A stretch of DNA of 27,381 nucleotides, taken from positions 1 through 27,381 of the forward strand of contig CBDDTI010000540.1 in NCBI GenBank assembly GCA_965233585.1, written 5' to 3'. Below are positions 22,401 to 27,381 of the stretch, piece after piece. A program made the position numbers and the translations under genes. Within the stretch, counting starts at the first letter, position 1, and each line of letters starts with the position of its first letter. The notes below the pieces were generated by a model. That model did not search any database. It was not told the DNA's origin and saw only the letters and a list, made by a program, of their open reading frames with translations. The stretch comes from a bacterium (GTDB lineage Bacteria > SAR324 > NAC60-12).

Positions 22401-25400
22401 TTGTATGTATTTTGCCGAAACCTCTACGCATTCTCCATTGTATTTTGCCCAGAATGCTTTTTTTTGTATGTATTTTGCCGAAACCTCTACGCATTCTCCA
22501 TTGTATTTTGCCCAGAATGCTTTTTTTTTGTATGTATTTTGCCGAAACCTCTACGCATTCTCCATTGTATTTTGCCCAGAATGTTTTTTTTTGTATGTAT
22601 TTTGCCGAAACCTCTACGCATTCTCCATTGTATTTTGCCCAGAATGCTTTTTTTTGTATGTATTTTGCCGAAACCTCTACGCATTCTCCATTGTATTTTG
22701 CCCAGAATGCTTTTTTTTGTATGTATTTTGCCGAAACCTCTACGCATTCTCCATTGTATTTTGCCCAGAATGCTTTTTTTTGTATGTATTTTGCCGAAAC
22801 CTCTACGCATTCTCCATTGTATTTTGCCCAGAATGCTTTTTTTTGTATGTATTTTGCCGAAACCTCTACGCATTCTCCATTGTATTTTGCCCAGAATGCT
22901 TTTTTTTTGTATGTATTTTGCCGAAACCTCTACGCATTCTCCATTGTATTTTGCCCAGAATGCTTTTTTTTGTATGTATTTTGCCGAAACCTCTACGCAT
23001 TCTCCATTGTATTTTGCCCAGAATGCTTTTTTTTGTATGTATTTTGCCGAAACCTCTACGCATTCTCCATTGTATTTTGCCCAGAATGCTTTTTTTTGTA
23101 TGTATTTTGCCGAAACCTCTACGCATTCTCCATTGTATTTTGCCCAGAATGCTTTTTTTGGTATGTATTTTGCCGAAACCTCTACGCATTCTCCATTGTA
23201 TTTTGCCCAGAATGCTTTTTTTTGTATGTATTTTGCCGAAACCTCTATGCATTCTCCATTGTATTTTGCCCAGAATTTTTTTTTTGTATGTATTTTGCCG
23301 AAACCTCTACGCATTCTCCATTGTATTTTGCCCAGAATGCTTTTTTTTGTATGTATTTTGCCGAAACCCCTATTCTTTTCTCCATTGCAGGTTGCCTCAA
23401 ATGCCTTTTTTTCTTTTGTATTTTTCAAAAAAATAAATTGTTTTCCTGTGAATTTTGCCTAATTTTCTAACCTTTTCTGCATTGTATCTTACCCCAAATT
23501 CAATTTTTCTCCATTGTATTTTGCCCAGAATGCTTTTTTTTGTATGTATTTTGCCGAAACCTCTACGCATTCTCCATTGTATTTTGCCCAGAATGCTTTT
23601 TTTTGGTATGTATTTTGCCGAAACCTCTACGCATTCTCCATTGTATTTTGCCCAGAATGCTTTTTTTTTGTATGTATTTTGCCGAAACCTCTACGCATTC
23701 TCCATTGTATTTTGCCCAGAATGCTTTTTTTTGTATGTATTTTGCCGAAACCTCTACGCATTCTCCATTGTATTTTGCCCAGAATGCTTTTTTTGTATGT
23801 ATTTTGCCGAAACCTCTATGCATTCTCCATTGTATTTTGCCCAGAATGCTTTTTTTTGTATGTATTTTGCCGAAACCTCTACGCATTCTCCATTGTATTT
23901 TGCCCAGAATGCTTTTTTTTGTATGTATTTTGCCGAAACCTCTACGCATTCTCCATTGTATTTTGCCCAGAATGCTTTTTTTTGGTATGTATTTTGCCGA
24001 AACCTCTACGCATTCTCCATTGTATTTTGCCCAGAATGCTTTTTTTGTATGTATTTTGCCGAAACCTCTACGCATTCTCCATTGTATTTTGCCCAGAATG
24101 CTTTTTTTTGTATGTATTTTGCCGAAACCTCTACGCATTCTCCATTGTATTTTGCCCAGAATGCTTTTTTTTGTATGTATTTTGCCGAAACCTCTACGCA
24201 TTCTCCATTGTATTTTGCCCAGAATGTTTTTTTTTGTATGTATTTTGCCGAAACCTCTACGCATTCTCCATTGTATTTTGCCCAGAATGCTTTTTTTTGT
24301 ATGTATTTTGCCGAAACCTCTACGCATTCTCCATTGTATTTTGCCCAGAATGCTTTTTTTTGTATGTATTTTGCCGAAACCTCTACGCATTCTCCATTGT
24401 ATTTTGCCCAGAATGCTTTTTTTTGTATGTATTTTGCCGAAACCTCTACGCATTCTCCATTGTATTTTGCCCAGAATGCTTTTTTTTATGTATTTTGCCG
24501 AAACCTCTACGCATTCTCCATTGTATTTTGCCCAGAATGCTTTTTTTTGTATGTATTTTGCCGAAACCTCTACGCATTCTCCATTGTATTTTGCCCAGAA
24601 TGCTTTTTTTTGGTATGTATTTTGCCGAAACCTCTACGCATTCTCCATTGTATTTTGCCCAGAATGCTTTTTTTTGTATGTATTTTGCCGAAACCTCTAC
24701 GCATTCTCCATTGTATTTTGCCCAGAATACTTTTTTTTTGTATGTATTTTGCCGAAACCTCTACGCATTCTCCATTGTATTTTGCCCAGAATGCTTTTTT
24801 TTGTATGTATTTTGCCGAAACCTCTACGCATTCTCCATTGTATTTTGCCCAGAATGCTTTTTTTTTGTATGTATTTTGCCGAAACCTCTACGCATTCTCC
24901 ATTGTATTTTGCCCAGAATGCTTTTTTTTGTATGTATTTTATCGAAACCTCTACGCATTCTCCATTGTATTTTGCCCAGAATGCTTTTTTTGGTATGTAT
25001 TTTGCCGAAACCTCTACGCATTCTCCATTGTATTTTGCCCAGAATGCTTTTTTTTGTATGTATTTTGCCGAAACCTCTACGCATTCTCCATTGTATTTTG
25101 CCCAGAATGCTTTTTTTTGTATGTATTTTGCCGAAACCTCTACGCATTCTCCATTGTATTTTGCCCAGAATGCTTTTTTTTGTATGTATTTTGCCGAAAC
25201 CCCTATTCTTTTCTCCATTGCAGGTTGCCTCAAATGCCTTTTTTTCTTTTGTATTTTTTAAAAAAATAAATTGTTTTCCTGTGAATTTTGCCTAAACTTC
25301 TAACCTTTTCTGCATTGTATCTTACCCCAAATTTAATTTTTCTCCATTGTATTTTGCCCAGAATGCTTTTTTTTGTATGTATTTTGCCGAAACCTCTACG

Positions 25401-27381
25401 CATTCTCCATTGTATTTTGCCCAGAATGCTTTTTTTTGTATGTATTTTGCCGAAACCTCTACGCATTCTCCATTGTATTTTGCCCAGAATGCTTTTTTTT
25501 GTATGTATTTTGCCGAAACCTCTACGCATTCTCCATTGTATTTTGCCCAGAATGCTTTTTTTTGTATGTATTTTGCCGAAACCTCTACGCATTCTCCATT
25601 GTATTTTGCCCAGAATGCTTTTTTTTTGTATGTATTTTGCCGAAACCTCTACGCATTCTCCATTGTATTTTGCCCAGAATGCTTTTTTTTGTATGTATTT
25701 TGCCGAAACCCCTACGCATTCTCCATTGCAGGTTGCCCAGAATGCCTTTTTTTTATGTATTTTGCCGAAAAATCTATTGCATTTTCCATGTGAATTTTGC
25801 CTAAACTGCTTTTTTCTGCATTGTATTTTGCCGAAACCTCTAATTTTTCTCCATTGTATTTTGCCCAGAATGCTTTTTTTTGTATGTATTTTGCCGAAAC
25901 CTCTACGCATTCTCCATTGTATTTTGCCCAGAATGCTTTTTTTTGTATGTATTTTGCCGAAACCTCTACGCATTCTCCATTGTATTTTGCCCAGAATGCT
26001 TTTTTTTGTATGTATTTTGCCGAAACCTCTACGCATTCTCCATTGTATTTTGCCCAGAATGCTTTTTTTTGTATGTATTTTGCCGAAACCTCTACGCATT
26101 CTCCATTGTATTTTGCCCAGAATGCTTTTTTTTGTATGTATTTTGCCGAAACCTCTACGCATTCTCCATTGTATTTTGCCCAGAATGCTTTTTTTTGTAT
26201 GTATTTTGCCGAAACCTCTACGCATTCTCCATTGTATTTTGCCCAGAATGCTTTTTTTTTGTATGTATTTTGCCGAAACCTCTACGCATTCTCCATTGTA
26301 TTTTGCCCAGAATGCTTTTTTTTGTATGTATTTTGCCGAAACCTCTACGCATTCTCCATTGTATTTTGCCCAGAATGCTTTTTTTTGTATGTATTTTGCC
26401 GAAACCTCTACGCATTCTCCATTGTATTTTGCCCAGAATGCTTTTTTTTGTATGTATTTTGCCGAAACCTCTACGCATTCTCCATTGTATTTTGCCCAGA
26501 ATGCTTTTTTTTGTATGTATTTTGCCGAAACCTCTACGCATTCTCCATTGTATTTTGCCCAGAATGCTTTTTTTTGTATGTATTTTGCCGAAACCTCTAC
26601 GCATTCTCCATTGTATTTTGCCCAGAATGCTTTTTTTTGTATGTATTTTGCCGAAACCTCTACGCATTCTCCATTGTATTTTGCCCAGAATGCTTTTTTT
26701 TGTATGTATTTTGCCGAAACCTCTACGCATTCTCCATTGTATTTTGCCCAGAATGCTTTTTTTTTGTATGTATTTTGCCGAAACCTCTACGCATTCTCCA
26801 TTGTATTTTGCCCAGAATGCTTTTTTTTTGTATGTATTTTGCCGAAACCTCTACGCATTCTCCATTGTATTTTGCCCAGAATGCTTTTTTTTTGTATGTA
26901 TTTTGCCGAAACCTCTACGCATTCTCCATTGTATTTTGCCCAGAATGCTTTTTTTTGTATGTATTTTGCCGAAACCTCTACGCATTCTCCATTGTATTTT
27001 GCCCAGAATGCTTTTTTTGGTATGTATTTTGCCGAAACCTCTACGCATTCTCCATTGTATTTTGCCCAGAATGCTTTTTTTTGGTATGTATTTTGCCGAA
27101 ACCTCTACGCATTCTTCATTGTATTTTGACCAGAATTTTTTTTTTGTATGTATTTTGCCGAAACCTCTACGCATTCTCCATTGTATTTTGCCCAGAATGC
27201 TTTTTTTTGTATGTATTTTGCCGAAACCCCTATTCTTTTCTCCATTGCAGGTTGCCTCAAATGCCTTTTTTCTTTTGTATTTTTCAAAAAAATAAATTGT
27301 TTTCCTGTGAATTTTGCCTAAACTTCTAACCTTTTCTGCATTGTATCTTACCCCAAATTCAATTTTTCTCCATTGTATTTT
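19420..27381. repeat. 63-bp satellite array (~125 units, runs off the right edge)
   Basis: Unit gtatgtattttgccgaaacctctacgcattctccattgtattttgcccagaatgctttttttt; variation is mostly in T-tract length; diverged junction blocks recur. Confidence 0.98.

Noticed and set aside
19417..27329. Very long ORFs (up to 1339 aa) in the satellite
   Set aside because: The 63-mer has no stop in five of six frames, and T-tract length changes swap frames freely; this is an artefact of a stop-free repeat
19420..27381. CRISPR-like array (palindromic repeat at regular spacing)
   Set aside because: There are no unique spacers, the whole unit repeats, no cas genes are present, and the context is eukaryotic

Overview
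Eukaryotic nuclear DNA with the hallmarks of a dinoflagellate (Symbiodiniaceae-like) genome: many short exons, GC-AG and GA-AG introns alongside GT-AG, all recognisable genes on the minus strand, short tandem micro-duplications filling the introns, and GCTCAAG spliced-leader-like relics upstream of two start codons. Positions 1-18900 hold a unidirectional cluster: a disrupted OPR/RAP-like helical-repeat gene, a disrupted multi-exon secreted-protein gene, a small multi-exon gene, an intronless secreted Cys-rich 10-repeat protein (7550-8554) with a truncated tandem sister copy, a coiled-coil gene whose exon phases join cleanly, and further multi-exon genes of unknown function. From ~19420 to the window end is a 63-bp satellite (~125 units) punctuated by recurring diverged junction blocks and preceded by a 72-nt hairpin carrying a tRNA B-box-like motif. 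Gene models were spliced by eye, so boundaries are provisional. No CRISPR array, rRNA or canonical tRNA was seen.
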